A stretch of 63,485 nucleotides of DNA, filler included, from Collodictyon triciliatum (lineage: Eukaryota): NCBI GenBank assembly GCA_043381765.1. It is 8 parts of 8 records of this genome, joined end to end, with 100 filler letters (N's around TTAATTAATTAA, not from the genome) between each part and the next. Parts side by side here need not be neighbours in the genome. Positions count along the whole stretch, not along the records: positions 1 to 11,508 come from JBHJMP010002392.1; positions 11,609 to 23,106 come from JBHJMP010002394.1; 6 more parts are not named here. One strand, 5' to 3'. This document shows positions 1 through 12,987 of the stretch, piece after piece. Positions within the stretch are counted from its first letter, which is position 1. Each line of letters starts with the position of its first letter. A program made the translations under genes and the position numbers. The notes beneath the pieces are model-generated. The model did not search any database and was not told where the DNA came from. It worked only from the letters and a program-made list of their open reading frames with translations.

Positions 1-226
1 TTTTTTTATGTTCTCTTTTTTTTTATGTTCTCTTTTTTTTTATGTTCTCTTTTTTTTTATGTTCTCTTTTTTTTTATATATCCTCTTTTAAGGTATATGT
101 TTATGGCTCTTTGTTGCATCGCCTTCGTTGTATTAACTATAGCTGTCAACATCACACACATAGGGCAAAAATAATCTTGATGACATGTCTGTAACGAAAT
201 ATCACAGGGGAGGCGTGTCTGCAAAC

Positions 227-295
227 CGTGGCTGTGCTTTCATCGAGGGTTGGCCCCTGTGCAGCGGGCTTTGAAGTTCCGAACAGACGATTCAT
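227..295 (-). CDS. CHMP5: First coding exon of ESCRT-III subunit CHMP5/Vps60; rest of gene lies beyond the contig edge
   Basis: ATG at 295 reads MNRLFGTSKPAAQGPTLDESTAT followed by donor GTTTGC; resembles the conserved MNRLFG..K N-terminus of CHMP5/Vps60. Only 23 codons visible. Confidence 0.6.
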
Positions 296-570
296 ATGTA
301 TTTGCTAATCCTATATAGTATAACCAGCATGTCTGTAATTTCAGTAATATCAACCTCTCGATCATGTCGAAGCAAAAAAAAAAAAAGGAGAAAAGAAAAG
401 AAAAGAAAAGGGCAAGCCCCCATCGGGGATAGATCCTCAACAAAGAACAGTTTAAGTCGACTGAGAGAAAAGCTTTATCTATTATTATTGTACACCGCCT
501 AGTTTTGTAAAAAGAGCGCTGATAACTGTCTCGTCCGGTGGTTCTGCCAAGAGCGTAACAGCAGTTTTGT

Positions 571-1380
571 TCACTGCTGCAAGAGTGGGTTTAGATCAAG
601 AATGAGTTCGTTCCAATTATTAGGAATCTGAGATAGGACGGCGGTAGAAACACACTTCCTCGGCATAATGTCATCACCATCATGATACTGGAACTAATTT
701 ATATAAAAGATACTATTATGGTGTCCCAGTGATTTATAAAATATAATTATCTATAAATTCCAGAATTAACTAACGGTTATGAGTCTCATCTTGCGAAGCG
801 ACGCACGTTTTCGCTCCTTCATCCAATCCAAACACTTAGGCAACGTGGTACTTTTTATTCGCCCGCAGGAATCCTTAGAGATATGTACATACTCGAGAAA
901 GGTGGATTTTTACAGTGGAGGATGAGGAGTGATTTTTTTTTTCACGAAGAGAATGAGAGAAAGGAGAGCACCAGGACGAATCAAAACTCTGCAAGATTCC
1001 AAAACTCTACATGGCGAGAGCAGAGAGGCGGGAGGCTGAGTGATTTCTAACCATCATAGGGACATCTCCATCGACAATCGGGTGGGGTGTGGTGCGAATC
1101 AGTTTCATTTCCTGAGCTGTCCTGAGAAAAAGGGAAAATGCATATGTTAATTGATGGCCAAGCCGTCCTTTATTTCTAGGTTGTGGAATGGGAACCCTTT
1201 AGCGGAAACAAAAGCACAAGAAAAAAAATGTACAACTCACGACGATATCTTCGCACAGGCATAGCTACAAAAGCACGCGGTGTGTTGTTGCATTTTGCTG
1301 TCCCAGATGCGTGCCACAAATGGTGTGGACTGGATGCGTTCATAGCAAAGGGGGTTTTCGCAGCGAATATGACCCGACAT
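571..1380 (-). CDS. Small multi-exon hypothetical protein with N-terminal FCS/TRASH-like zinc finger
   Basis: Exon from ATG 1380: MSGHIRCENPLCYERI...TACFCSYACAKISS then GTGAGT donor. Downstream exons DSCGRIKSTTLPKCLDWMKERKRASLRKMRLIT|FQYHDGDDIMPRKCVSTAVLSQIPNNWNELILDLNPLLQQ* with GT-AG borders. Middle exon phases not resolved. Confidence 0.4.
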
Positions 1381-2092
1381 TGATGTTCTTTAGTGTGGTT
1401 TGCTTCTCTATCTGGTAATTAGGGTTAATGCGGTTTGCCTTCTTGGGGGCAATTCATGATACTAATCGGCTTAAGTATTAGGCTTCTTTATCCTGAATCA
1501 TTAAATAGTAAGCTACATTCTTGTTCTCTCATCAAAAGGCTCTATGAAGTTTTTTTTTCTTTCGTAATCCTCTCTGCTCCCTTGGCTTCGCAGCCTTATT
1601 CTGCGACCACGGCCAACAAACCCATCTCCCTGCCCTCGAGCGGTGGCTTTCGAATAGTCGCGTCGGTTCAGTACTGCTGTTCGCTGCTGTATGGGTTTTA
1701 GTGTTATCCCTCAGGTTAGAACCCGCTCGGGGAAAGGGAATTCCCCTCGACCCAGTGACGACTGGGTTTATATACGCGACTCTGGCCGCTCTTTTAAGCC
1801 GGTAGCACTTTATATATGATGAAATACCTTGTGCCCGTGTGGTGCAAAAGGGGTTTCTTGTATCCTGGATTGTGCGACGGAACAGAGCTGATCAAAATTA
1901 CAGCAGGCAATAGAGAGCAATTCATGCAGAGTTGTATCTGAATAAGGGAGTTCCTGGCAACCTATGTGACCTAATACGCTGCATTTGTGTAAATTCCGCA
2001 TTTGGATGTCAGTATTTCCCAATGTGGACCGTAAGCACCAGACATGTCGAAGGGCAGTGAACAGAGCGTGATGCTTTATTATGGCCGGGTGT

Positions 2093-3139
2093 TTAAGCAG
2101 CGGCGGGGCGGGAGACCTTCTTGCCAACATCAGCGGAAGTCTCGGCGTGGAGCTCAAGGAGCTTGGCAACTACAGATAAATGCAGTGAGCGAGAGCCTAG
2201 AGATAAACATCAACTACAATAGTAAATTAACATGACAGCGCTCCACTCACCATCGAACTTGGGGGACTTGAGGATCTTGACCTTGCGGACGTAGACGTTC
2301 TGGAGGGGGTAGATACGGGATCCAGCCTTCTCGATCTGGCGGCCGATGGACTCGTTGATGAACTTCTTCACCAGAACCTTGAGCTCGGAGTGGCTGACCT
2401 CGCGGGTGATAATTTCGACCATCTTCTTGCGGATCTGCTTGATCTGGGAGGACTTTGCGTAGCAGGTCTTCTTGAGGGTGTTGGGGCGCTTCTTGGTGAA
2501 GGCGATGGTGAAGACGCGGACAACATAACCGTCCTGAGTCTTGACGTCGGCGTGAGCCTCGATCAGGGACTGCCACTTGCGGACAAGGGAGCGGAGCTGT
2601 GTTCAAGACTAAGTTAGCATAGAGGAACAGTGTGGAGGTGGAAGAGACCACAGACGAGCAAAAACACTTTTTGATAAGCACCTTGTCGGTGGTGAAGTCC
2701 ATTCCGTAGAAATTGGTGAGGCAGTTGCGGCCCTGGACCTCCTCGCATTTAAGCTTGATCTTACGGAAGCCGAAGTCCTCAGACTTCATGAGGTCTCCGA
2801 GGTTGACTTCGAAGACGCGTCCCTTGAGAGCCTCAGAGGCAATACCTAGAGATGTTCTCAGCTTATGTGGATGCCGGGTTGGAAGGCACAGAGCGAGTTG
2901 GACAATAGGTGCTACTTACGGGTACCAGTGGTACGGGTGACAATGGTCTTTCCGGCTTGGCGAACCTTGAAGGTGCTGGGGGCCTTGATGTCGTACCATT
3001 CCTTCTTGGTGAATGGATCGACGCTATAGGTAAGGCTTAGTTAATCTGCTGGATGATAACTCAAGTGGGGTATTACTCACATCTTCTTCTTGGAGGACTT
3101 TCCCTTCTTGGAGAGGCGCTTGTTTTTACCGACGGCCAT
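2093..3139 (-). CDS. RPS3A: 40S ribosomal protein S3a (eS1), 5 coding exons
   Basis: [19 protein letters not shown]|..[22 protein letters not shown]|..[101 protein letters not shown]; strongly biased codons. Confidence 0.98.
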
Positions 3140-4352
3140 GTTCTAAGATCGGGATGGTTGATTAGACACATAGCTTGCATAGAAGGTGAAGTTGGCGATC
3201 GTTGATTTCGATCTGGTGGGGTTGGGGCTTGTTTTGGAAGGTGATTTTCTGGCCTCTGGAAAATTTAGTGCAATCACTCCAAGAATTCACAAGCACACAT
3301 CCAGATTAATGTGCAAAAAGGGCTCGATAGCCACGATACTAAATTGTGAGAGAAACAGTTCTGGCTACTCATTAATTGCTATCTGTTTGTCCTCGTCACT
3401 ATTCAATTTTACAGTCGAAAACTGTTCCACTTGGGTGTAAAACGGGTCACCGACCACTGGTTTTTTCGGTCAAATTCTCTCTTCGTGTTTCGTATACAAT
3501 GGAGGTCTTCCAGCTTCCATCTAGACCGTACAATGGGAGGATGCCAAAGTTCGCCACGGTCAAATAGAAATGAACTTACGGTTTGGTTGCGGAGTTTCCT
3601 GACGAAGAATCCGGCTGATGGGGGTGAATCAGGGGCGAAAAGAGAACTGTGATTATTCGTGTTGCAGATCAGCAATGTAAATTTAATGAAACTATTTCAT
3701 ATATCTGGAAAATACCTCAATTTCTAAAAATTCTCCTTACAGTTGCCGCAAAGTGACATATAAATAACTCCAATGATAATTTATTTGTTGAATACTAGCC
3801 TGTATATCCTTCTGTGCCCAACCATCAAGCCAATCGTGGCTATATCACATTTTAGCAAAAGCGCATGCTTCCCCCGGAGCAATCCAGACGGGAGAGTTCG
3901 AGCGACGCACCTTCCGCCATCACACCCTTTCCTCTTATTTCCTTGATATCCATTGCTTGCACAACCTACATGCGCTTTTCACCTACTGCTTTGTTGCACA
4001 TACTGTATGAGCATATAAGTTCTGCTTTGAAACAGAGAAGGGAAATAAATCAATTAGGTTATTGGGCTTTTTGCTCGCAGGGTGGGTTGCCACTGGTTCT
4101 GATTTGCTAGGTGTCGCCCAGGGCATAATGCAGATAGACTGGGCTCTTCCTTCTCGGGTTTTTTTTTTAAATTCATTCTAATTTTTTTTTGTTGGGTCAC
4201 TGGAGCCAACAAACGAAGAGAATAGAGAGTGCTTACATTTATTTTCAGTCGATTTTTTTTATTATTATTGTTATATTGTATAATCATGAGAGATTTTCTT
4301 GCAGGTTATATATAAAGTGACAGAGGGAATTGGTGAGGTCCAAAGTAGCAAT

Positions 4353-5715
4353 TTACACAACGGAGTCATCGTCATATTGGTCGAAGGGATTGGTGCTCTT
4401 TGCTGCAACCTTTTCAGGAGAACGCGAGGCTGCTTGCTTGCTGTGGGGTTTACTGTCTGCATGATTTGTTTTCATCATAGAAAAAACGTTTGGGCAAAAT
4501 CCCCTTCGTTCAGAGCTGGATCTAGTATTTGCTACATTTTCCACATCATCTTTGACACTATTTGCATCCATATCTGTATCGGAAGGCTTGCGTTTCAGCT
4601 TCTTCATCTCATAGCCATCATCAGCACTTACGTCTTCGCTAGAGTAATCTGAATCGCGTCGATATAGCCTTTTGCGAGAGCGTCTTTTTCTGTTTTTCTG
4701 GCGTTGTCTTCGGCGCTTTCGTGCCTCTCTTTCTCTCTCTTCTTCTTCTTCCTCATCTTCATCTTCTGCATTAACATCTTTATCCCTTTTCTTATTTGTG
4801 CAATTCGCAATTATTGAGTGAATCAAAATACCAAAGAGGAACAGTGCAACCCAAGTTCCATAAAAACTGTAGCAAAGTGTATCATTACACTCAAACTCTG
4901 GGCGTGTGTAGAAAATCCAAATCCAATTGAAGCGGTAGTGTTCAATTAGACCCCCAATCCCATTGACGAAAAAATATGATCCGAAAAAAACACTTAAAAT
5001 CATCACAACCCACTTTCGGAAAAAATGCGCCACCACGCCCCCGATGATGGCACTGATTCCCAATCCGATTCCCATAATAACAGGAGTTGGAGATGCGACC
5101 TCATCGATAAGAGGAGCACCGGCATAGTTGAAAACTATAAAGGCTGTCATTCCACCCAAGACAAGGTACATGGAAGCATGAATGCAAGCCATTAGGGCCG
5201 CCAAAAACAGTCCAAATCCTGCACCAACACCAAAGGCAATTATGTGCTTTGCAGTTAAAAAATAACCCACATCAGAACCCGTGGAAAGCCCAAAAGTAAA
5301 TCTGCTCGGACACGAAGAAAAAATGATAAATTAGATTAGCACAAATAGTAAGCCTTCAATGTTTCTGATGCATGGTAGATTGAATAGCTCTACCCTAACA
5401 ATATCATGGATATCTGAGTGAACTTTGGGCCTAAGCACCACAGAAAGGCTCCCACAGGGATCATGAAGATGCATACGGTGAAATCTTTTGGGAGGGTTGG
5501 GTTATATTAAATGTATTGTTCGCTTACCTCATGACTTTTACCGACATAGTGTAAGCATACTTTATTTTATGATTGGACAATAATTGAAAGGGAGAGAGAA
5601 AAAAACCGTAGTTGTACTCGACGTCCTCCACATCCACTTCTAGAGGTGGATCCATCACTGCCGTGACGTTTCCCAGATTCATTCGGAAGGAGAAACCAGC
5701 TCGTGATCTATTCAA
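4353..5715 (-). CDS. Multi-pass membrane protein, DUF4203/TMEM198-like, with long charged cytoplasmic tail; 5' exons extend upstream but are unresolved
   Basis: 305-aa terminal exon with about 6 Gly-rich hydrophobic helices (FGVGAGFGLFLAAL..., ILSVFFGSYFFVNGIG, WVALFLFGILIH), then acidic/basic tail; upstream exon FTVCIFMIPVGAFLWCLGPK. Confidence 0.6.
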
Positions 5716-6711
5716 AGAGGGAGGGGATGTGACAACCTTAGCTCGCCTTTTCTAAGAGGTGGTGAGAGTATTACAACCTTTTTATTCTTTTTTTATTTTA
5801 TCATAGCCTTTGCTAACTTATCAACCTTTTTCATCCCATGTTCGAGTCATCATTCCCTCGTGTGCTATTCCTTCATCAGATTCATCATCATTCGACTCGA
5901 TCAATGAAGACGGATCGATCGCTTTTGTGGTAGTTTTACGAATCTAATCTGGAAATTATACATTTTTAGCAATGGAAAGGTTTTGTGTTGGTGGCGTCGG
6001 TGTTGTTGTTCGCCAAGGGTCGTGTCGTGGCCAAGCGAGAGTGCAGCTTTTCAAGAATCACAGTTAGTCTCCTTGTAATTAGGAATGCTATCTTTGTTTT
6101 GCTCATATAGTCCAACTAGTGGCATCTGCTCCCTGGATAGTCTCATTTTTTTGCACCATTACCTTACCATCTATTAGGTGGTGTTGAAGGTAAAGATAAT
6201 TGACCGCCACTGAAGTAATTTATTTACTTCCTTACCGAAGAGATTAAATGGCGTCTCACATGCTACAGACATTAAACAAAGCTCGGGTTCGTGTGAAAGG
6301 CAACATAATTAGGGCTCAAGCACTTTCGTCGTATGCCATGCGCAATTACAGCATCGGGGCCGCCAATATGTGCAATCTATCGAGGCCGAACCTACCGGAT
6401 ATGATAGAAGGGGCCAACCCAGGCAACCATCACCTATCTACACGCAAAGTCTAACAGCGTGCGCACATAGCGATAAAGAAAAGCCGATTGGACGAACCGG
6501 AAAGTAATGTGCAAACAGAAAGGCTCACTGCTGCGCGTCCCGGGTGTATGTTGATGTTTTCTCACGGACTCTGAAAATACAAAGAAACAGACAAAAAACT
6601 GCAAAATGAATGGCTAACGCGGCTATGGCGGCACGGGCCGGAATTAAGTCCACGAAGCTTGGAAAAGAGCAGTCAAAGCGAAGAATCGATCCTCCACACA
6701 CTGACACACAA

Positions 6712-6852
6712 AGAAGCAAAAGACACAATAGACACAATAGACACAATAGACACAAAAGACACAAAAGACACAAAAGACACAAAAGACACAAAAGACACAA
6801 AAGACACAAAAGACACAAAAGACACAAAAGACACAATAGACACAAAAGACAA
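6712..6852. repeat. 9-bp tandem repeat (AGACACAAA/AGACACAAT)n
   Basis: Directly visible; source of several spurious ORFs (CLL, HKR, DTK repeats). Confidence 0.95.
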
Positions 6853-7062
6853 ATATAAAGACAAAGAAGACAGAGCCTTTTACTTCCATACCAGTTAGCT
6901 CTCTTTTTTCTTGCACTACTTCCTCACTTGTTTTCTTCCAGGAGTTACAAAGCTTGAGGCCTTTTTTCTGTACCGATCGATTGGGCCCAGTTCTTCGAAA
7001 GCTTGTTGCTTATCTCTTGTAATTGCCGCAATACTCTCCCTTGAAGGTTAAGACACCTCCAA

Positions 7063-10000
7063 ATGAGCCTTCTGCGATCTAAGACAGCGTATGTTTGTTT
7101 CCTTCGAGCACCACATACATCCAAACTGCCGCTCCCTTAAGCAAAACAGACGCGCTATGCGTTACATTCTTTCGGTCCTGATTCTTATGCAAAGCGTTTC
7201 ACTTGTTCCGAGTGCATAAATAATATAGAAATCGCGCACGTAAACCACCTGTTTTCTCACACACTCTCTTTCCTAAGCTGACGCATTCTCCTCAGTTTTG
7301 CCTGTCATTCCCTTTTTTTATTTTCCTTTGTACAATTAGAAAATAACTACCGAAAAGCAAATACAAAGACATGTCAAGTATCCAGAAAACCAACCAACAA
7401 AAAAAAAACCGAATAATTAATGAAAAATGAGGTACTGAATGAATGAAAAACTCAACCTATTATTTATTTGTGTAGCCAAAGCATTTTGGGGCACAGCTCA
7501 AGTGCACCCAACCCATCCAACCTATCCAACCCATCGAGTCCGTCTCATGCCGAGGCACAGTTACTCCAACAGACTCCTTTTGCACCATTCAAGGGTATAG
7601 TGTGGAAGTGGACAAACTTTATGAAGGGATGGAGACCACGCTACTTTGTCGCATCAGTTCCTGGAGTATTAGAGTATTACTCCTCGAAACGTACAAAGAA
7701 GAAGCTGGCCACTATAAGGTGAGGAAATCAGTTCTCTTTTTGTTAACTTGGAAAACTCAACTTGTGTATCTTTATTCAATTTAAAGGTCATACAAGTTTT
7801 TTTTAACTCACCCAATACACACAGTCAACCCTGAATAATAATAAAAATATAAAATAATGAGTCGCCTTTATCGTTTTCCATCATTTGTATATAAACTATA
7901 CTTTTAATTAACGCAGTCTTAGTGATGCGATCATTTCTCCATCACGAGCGAAAGAGGATCAATTTAACATTACCTGCAAGAAAAGAAATTATCACATTCG
8001 TACACCAACAAAAGAGGAACGCGATAAATGGGTCGAAGTGCTTCATGCCAGCAAAAACCTTTACCTGAATACCATATCAAAGTAATGTCCACACATGAAT
8101 GAACTTACTTTCTATTGCACCAATAATCAGTTTTTTTTCTCAGTAATGGTACAAAGAAAGTTTATCATTCGCATAATAGCACAATCGAAGGCCAATGTCG
8201 CCAACTCTTCCCCCTCGTTAAGTTATTAAATATTCGATTATCTTGCATAGAGCGAAGATGAATCCCCTTCCGTCACAAAGCCCAGAAGCTGTAGCACTGA
8301 TGGAAAGACTTCAAGAGTTACAGAGTCATAAAGTGCGATTTATAGCCCAAATTCGACAGCTGAAATTAAGCAACAAACAATCATCCACGCATATTGAAGA
8401 CTTGGCCTCGGAGATTGTGTTGACCGTTGAAGAATGTACAAGATTGATTGAAAAGAATGTTTCATCACGAAAATTATCCTTTTCAGCTTCAAGGAAATCT
8501 CTCGGAGATGATGATTCTGTGTCGTTTTACAGCTGCATGGTTTGATTGATTCTTACTTATAATTCAGATTATTTATCGCTCAAAGAGCGTGCAATTTGTT
8601 TGTTTTACATCCGAAAAAAAGACACAAGAGAGAGGAACTTACATATTATTTTATTATTTTTGAACAATTATCTTGTTTCCATCAGTAGTATTTGTGGTCT
8701 ATATTTTATTTTAAAAGAAAGTATCAGTCAATTGACCCAGCCTCCTCACTCAAGGACCGATCTGAAGAAGAGGATGACGATGAAACCGAATCATCTGACG
8801 ATTCTCAAACATTTGAAACGGACGACGAGTTCCCACCTTTGGCATCTTCCCCTACCCCACGAGGCATGCACCGTCCTAGTCATGCTGATACAAGCGACTC
8901 ATCCAAATATGCGATGATAGCAGGGAAGCAATCACAACCGCAATCACAGATGCTTGTAGCGTCAACACACCAACAGGCAAACCAGAAGGAAACTACGACA
9001 AGCATGTGGGTTCCTGTGATGAAGGAAAGGAGACGACAAACTCTTCCACATCCGAAGGCCGCAAAGCGTGCAAGTTTATGGGGCGTGCTGAAGGATGCAG
9101 TGGGTAAGGACCTTTCTCGAATCACATTACCTGCCAATTGGAACGAGCCGCTTGGGTCGCTTCAGAGGGCGTGTGAAGAAGTCGAATACCATGACCTCCT
9201 TCAGAAGGGGCTCGAGTTCACAGACCCCATCCAACGAATGATTTATGTTGCTGCATTTGCTGTCTCCTCATACGGGTATACGCGATACAGGTAGCTATTT
9301 TTCGTCATGACAAGCAGAAACTTTAGAGAACAACAGTCCTCCTTTTTTTTTTAATTTCCAATAACAAAATAATACCAGTGTGTGAATAGACCCTGCGTTA
9401 GTGGTTAGTTTCATGAGCTTTTATAAAACTGTTTGATCAACTACAAGAAAGAAAAGGAAAAAGAAAGGACTACTTCATGTAATCACATATTCATGGGGTT
9501 CTTTCTCTCGATTAATTCAGAACAAGTAAGCCATTCAACCCAATGCTGGGAGAGTCGTACGAATTTGAAGATGAAGAGATTCGATTCATCTCAGAACAAG
9601 TTAGCCATCATCCTCCCATCACCGCATTTCACACACAGGCCAAAAACTATCAAGTCTACGGCGAGGTACAAATAAAAAACAAGTTTTGGGGCAAGAGCGT
9701 CGAAGTCATCCCTGTTGGTTTTGTAAACGCAGTTTTTGGCGATAATAAACACAGATACTCATGGAGCAAGGTGACATGCAATTTCGAATATAAATTCAAT
9801 TTCTTTCTTATAATTTTTTTTCCTAGTACCAAATCTTTTCACATAAAATTGCTAAATGATTGGATAAATGATTCAAAAAGACGAACCAAAATGAAGCAGA
9901 AATGAGACAATATTAATTTTATAAATAAACTGTCCAGTCCACTTTCAACCGATTCAATAGAAATCATAAAGCATAAATACTCTAACTCAATCAGGTCACT

Positions 10001-10642
10001 ACTACTGTCCACAACATCGTGATTGGGTCCCTCTGGCTCACCCACCACGGAGAGATGAAAATTAAGAACCACGCAACAGGAGACACTTGCACACTGGAGT
10101 TCCACACAAAAGGCTGGTTTGGAAACACAACATTCCTGGTGACCGGCCAGATTTGCGACTCCCAAGAGCGACCAGTCTATTACATCTACGGCATGTGGAA
10201 CGAGTATCTCTCCTACTTGCCAGCCTCCGACGGACACGACCCAAACAACCCGGATGCCCCGTGGATTCGCATCTGGACCGTTCGCCCATTCCCGCCCGAC
10301 TGCGAGCAGTTCTACAACTTCTCATACTTTGCGATGAAGCTGAACGAGATTACGCCGGATCTGCGCGCGGTTTTGCCAGTGAACGACTCGCGTCTTCGTC
10401 CGGACCAGCGCCTTTTGGAGGACGGCGATTACGACCAAGCGACTGTGGAGAAGTTGCGGCTGGAAGAGAAGCAGAGGGAGATGCGACGTGCGCGCGAAAG
10501 AGCCGGGCAGGAATGGAGTCCGCTGTGGTTCAGGAAGCAGCTTGACCCGGTTCTGGAGACGGAGATCTGGGTCTACATGGACCAGTACTGGCAGAAGCGG
10601 GAGAGGAGAGACTGGGCGAATGTTGTGGACCTGTTTGCCTAG
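7063..10642 (+). CDS. Oxysterol-binding protein-related lipid transfer protein (PH domain + ORD)
   Basis: Likely start MSLLRSKTA|QSILG; PH motif KGIVWKWTNFMKGWRPRYF and ERDKWVEVL; ORD motifs SLWGVLKDAVGKDLSRITLPANWNEPLGSLQR, KPFNPMLGESYE, signature EQVSHHPP, DSRLRPDQR, EKLRLEEKQR; stop 10642. Confidence 0.95.
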
Positions 10643-11046
10643 GCGAGTGCCGCTTGTGTTTGTTTATATACACAAATACACATGGCTGCAACGGCATCCT
10701 TTTTCTTTTTCAGTGCGAGTAAACAGGCGCCTCTATTTTTTTTTCTTTCCTTTCTTTTCTTCACGCAGACGTGGCTATGCGTCTATGTGTCGGAAAGGTG
10801 CTTGTGGGATGAGATGGATACAAACAGAAACATCAATAATAAAGTAAAGCATATACTTGGATGATTTGTCTGGTAAGTTTGTGTCGTTTCTTGGTTATTA
10901 AATGGATGACTGAATCAGCTGGGGAGGGGGTTCTCTCATTTATTCTTTCATCTTTTTGCGCCCAGCCCTTTGAATTGTTGGGTGGTGAGTTCTTTCTTTC
11001 TTTTTTTATTTGGCACTTTATCAAGTGCGAAAGTATTTGTCCGGGT

Positions 11047-11323
11047 TTAGCGAATATACTTTTTCAGAAAGCTTCGGTGGAAGTCGTTGCGGAGGCTGAA
11101 TGAAAGGGAAGTTAAGCTGATTACATGCTGGCATGACATGACGAATGTTTCACCTCAAATTCACATTTGGCACGAAAGAGAAGTCATAAAGGATATAATC
11201 ATTTAGATACAGTCAACTGTATAGCTATGGAAAAGTGAAGTATACGTGTCGTTGATGAATCTCTTCTTCTTTTCGTGGTCATCTTTGCGGCTCTGGTTTT
11301 TGAAGACTACGTCGTCATCCCAT
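11047..11323 (-). CDS. CWC15: Pre-mRNA splicing factor CWC15, last two exons; 5' part lost at gap
   Basis: WDDDVVFKNQSRKDDHEKKKRFINDT|LRNDFHRSFLKKYIR* matches the conserved Cwc15 C-terminus. Confidence 0.9.
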
Positions 11324-11343
11324 CTACCAGAATTTGATATAAT

Positions 11344-11344
<1 letters not shown>

Positions 11345-11437
<93 letters not shown>
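11345..11437. repeat. (AAT)n microsatellite in CWC15 intron
   Basis: Directly visible. Confidence 0.95.
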
Positions 11438-11440
<3 letters not shown>

Positions 11441-11508
11441 GAAGTACAAATGAACAATACGAAGAGGTGTCAAACTTAAGTGAAAAAATAAGAAAAGAGA
11501 ATGGATAA

Positions 11509-11608
11509 NNNNNNNNNNNNNNNNNNNNNNNNNNNNNNNNNNNNNNNNNNNNTTAATTAATTAANNNNNNNNNNNNNNNNNNNNNNNNNNNNNNNNNNNN
11601 NNNNNNNN
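11509..11608. other. Artificial 100-nt contig spacer N44-TTAATTAATTAA-N44 (same at 23107-23206, 34692-34791, 46272-46371, 57850-57949, 60417-60516, 62359-62458)
   Basis: Identical fixed-length spacer with stops in all six frames, mostly flanked by low-complexity contig ends; genes are cut at it. Confidence 0.97.
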
Positions 11609-11821
11609 AAAAGAAAAGAAAAAGAAAAGAAAAAGAAAAGAAAAAGAAAAGAAAAAGAAAAGAAAAAGAAAAAGAAAAAGAAAAGAAAAAGAAAAAGAAA
11701 AAGAAAAGAAAAAGAAAAAGAAAAAGAAAAGAAAAAGAAAAAGAAAAGAAAAAGAATGAATAAAAGATAAGGAAAGGAAGGAAAAAGAGACAAAAGAGTA
11801 TATCAAGATGAAGTGGTATAT

Positions 11822-12890
11822 TCATCGGGCGGTGATTTGCTGGACGCGATTTTGGGCTGTGCGAACATAACAATTAGCCATAAAAGCGAGATGCAATCCA
11901 CTTGTCATTAGTGCGGCCAAGGTGAGCCCAACAGAGGATGAGAGCCCATAGCGTGCTTCACTGTGCAGTTTTCCTGCGGCCTCAAGGATTGCGCGGCTCA
12001 TCCTGTCGATGTTGTTGTACGTCTACGATTGTAAAACAAGACGTTATAAGGGTGAAATAAATGGATGTGATGCGCAATATATCCACCAAATAGCCATAAA
12101 AAAAAGAAAAAAGGAGGAGCCGGATATGACATGATAGTGAACTTGAAGTATATGAATGTAAATGGTATAAGGAATACATATAAAATATCGCGCAATGCCT
12201 TTTTTTTACATTATTATTATTATTGTTCACAAGCAATAATTTCAACGCAGTATTACCGAAGCAATCCATATAATCGACGTTATGATGAAAAATATATTGA
12301 TTGTTACGAGCCACCAAAAACTGATGTTTTCCTTTGAAGTGACGTGAATGTATTTCAAAGGAATCCGCTGTGGTGATTTGATTATTTGTTCGTTAGGGAA
12401 TGTGTCTTCAGAATGTATGAAAGTATCATAAAACAAAATGAACTATTTCAAGATGACATGAATAAATATACCTTCAGGAAATAAGAAATTGGTAAGAAGG
12501 ACATGATAACTATGGATGCCGCAAGAAAGGCAGAGGCATTATGATAAGCACTTCGACAGAAACCATCCATCTCATAGCATTCCTTTTAAAAATTTTTACA
12601 ATTATTGCTGTTATTATTATTATTATTATTATAATTATTATTATTGTATATGAAATTGTATGAGAAAACCTTGAGTTAGAATTCTTCTTTAATCTCAATA
12701 CAAACTCATAATATGAATATAAGCCTTTTTTTCTAAGGTCGATTCAGACATGAGTACCTCATAGGACAATATCTTTAAATGAACTCCATCCTGAGAGATG
12801 CGCCAAAGACCATATGATAGTGAAACGTCTTCATTCTGTGATAACAAAATATTAAAGGAGGAAACCCCCGTCATATGATGTAAGGAAAGA

Positions 12891-12987
<97 letters not shown>

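Noticed and set aside
6525-6916. ORFs with CLL, HKR, FCV, DTK repeats, and similar poly-I/N/F/L ORFs at 11.2-11.9, 12.9, 13.7-14.2, 22.8-23.1, 30.7-31.0, 45.9-46.8, 52.1-52.5, 58.0, 60.5 and 62.1-63.1 kb
   Set aside because: Translations of microsatellites in introns, intergenic DNA or contig ends.
8500-8540. FFAT motif in the OSBP-related protein (DDDSVSFYSCM)
   Set aside because: Acidic lead-in and FY core are suggestive, but the motif is split by an intron with an ambiguous acceptor and lacks a clear terminal Glu.
11553-11564. TTAATTAATTAA as a recurring biological motif
   Set aside because: Always centred in a fixed N44-N44 block; an assembly linker with six-frame stops.
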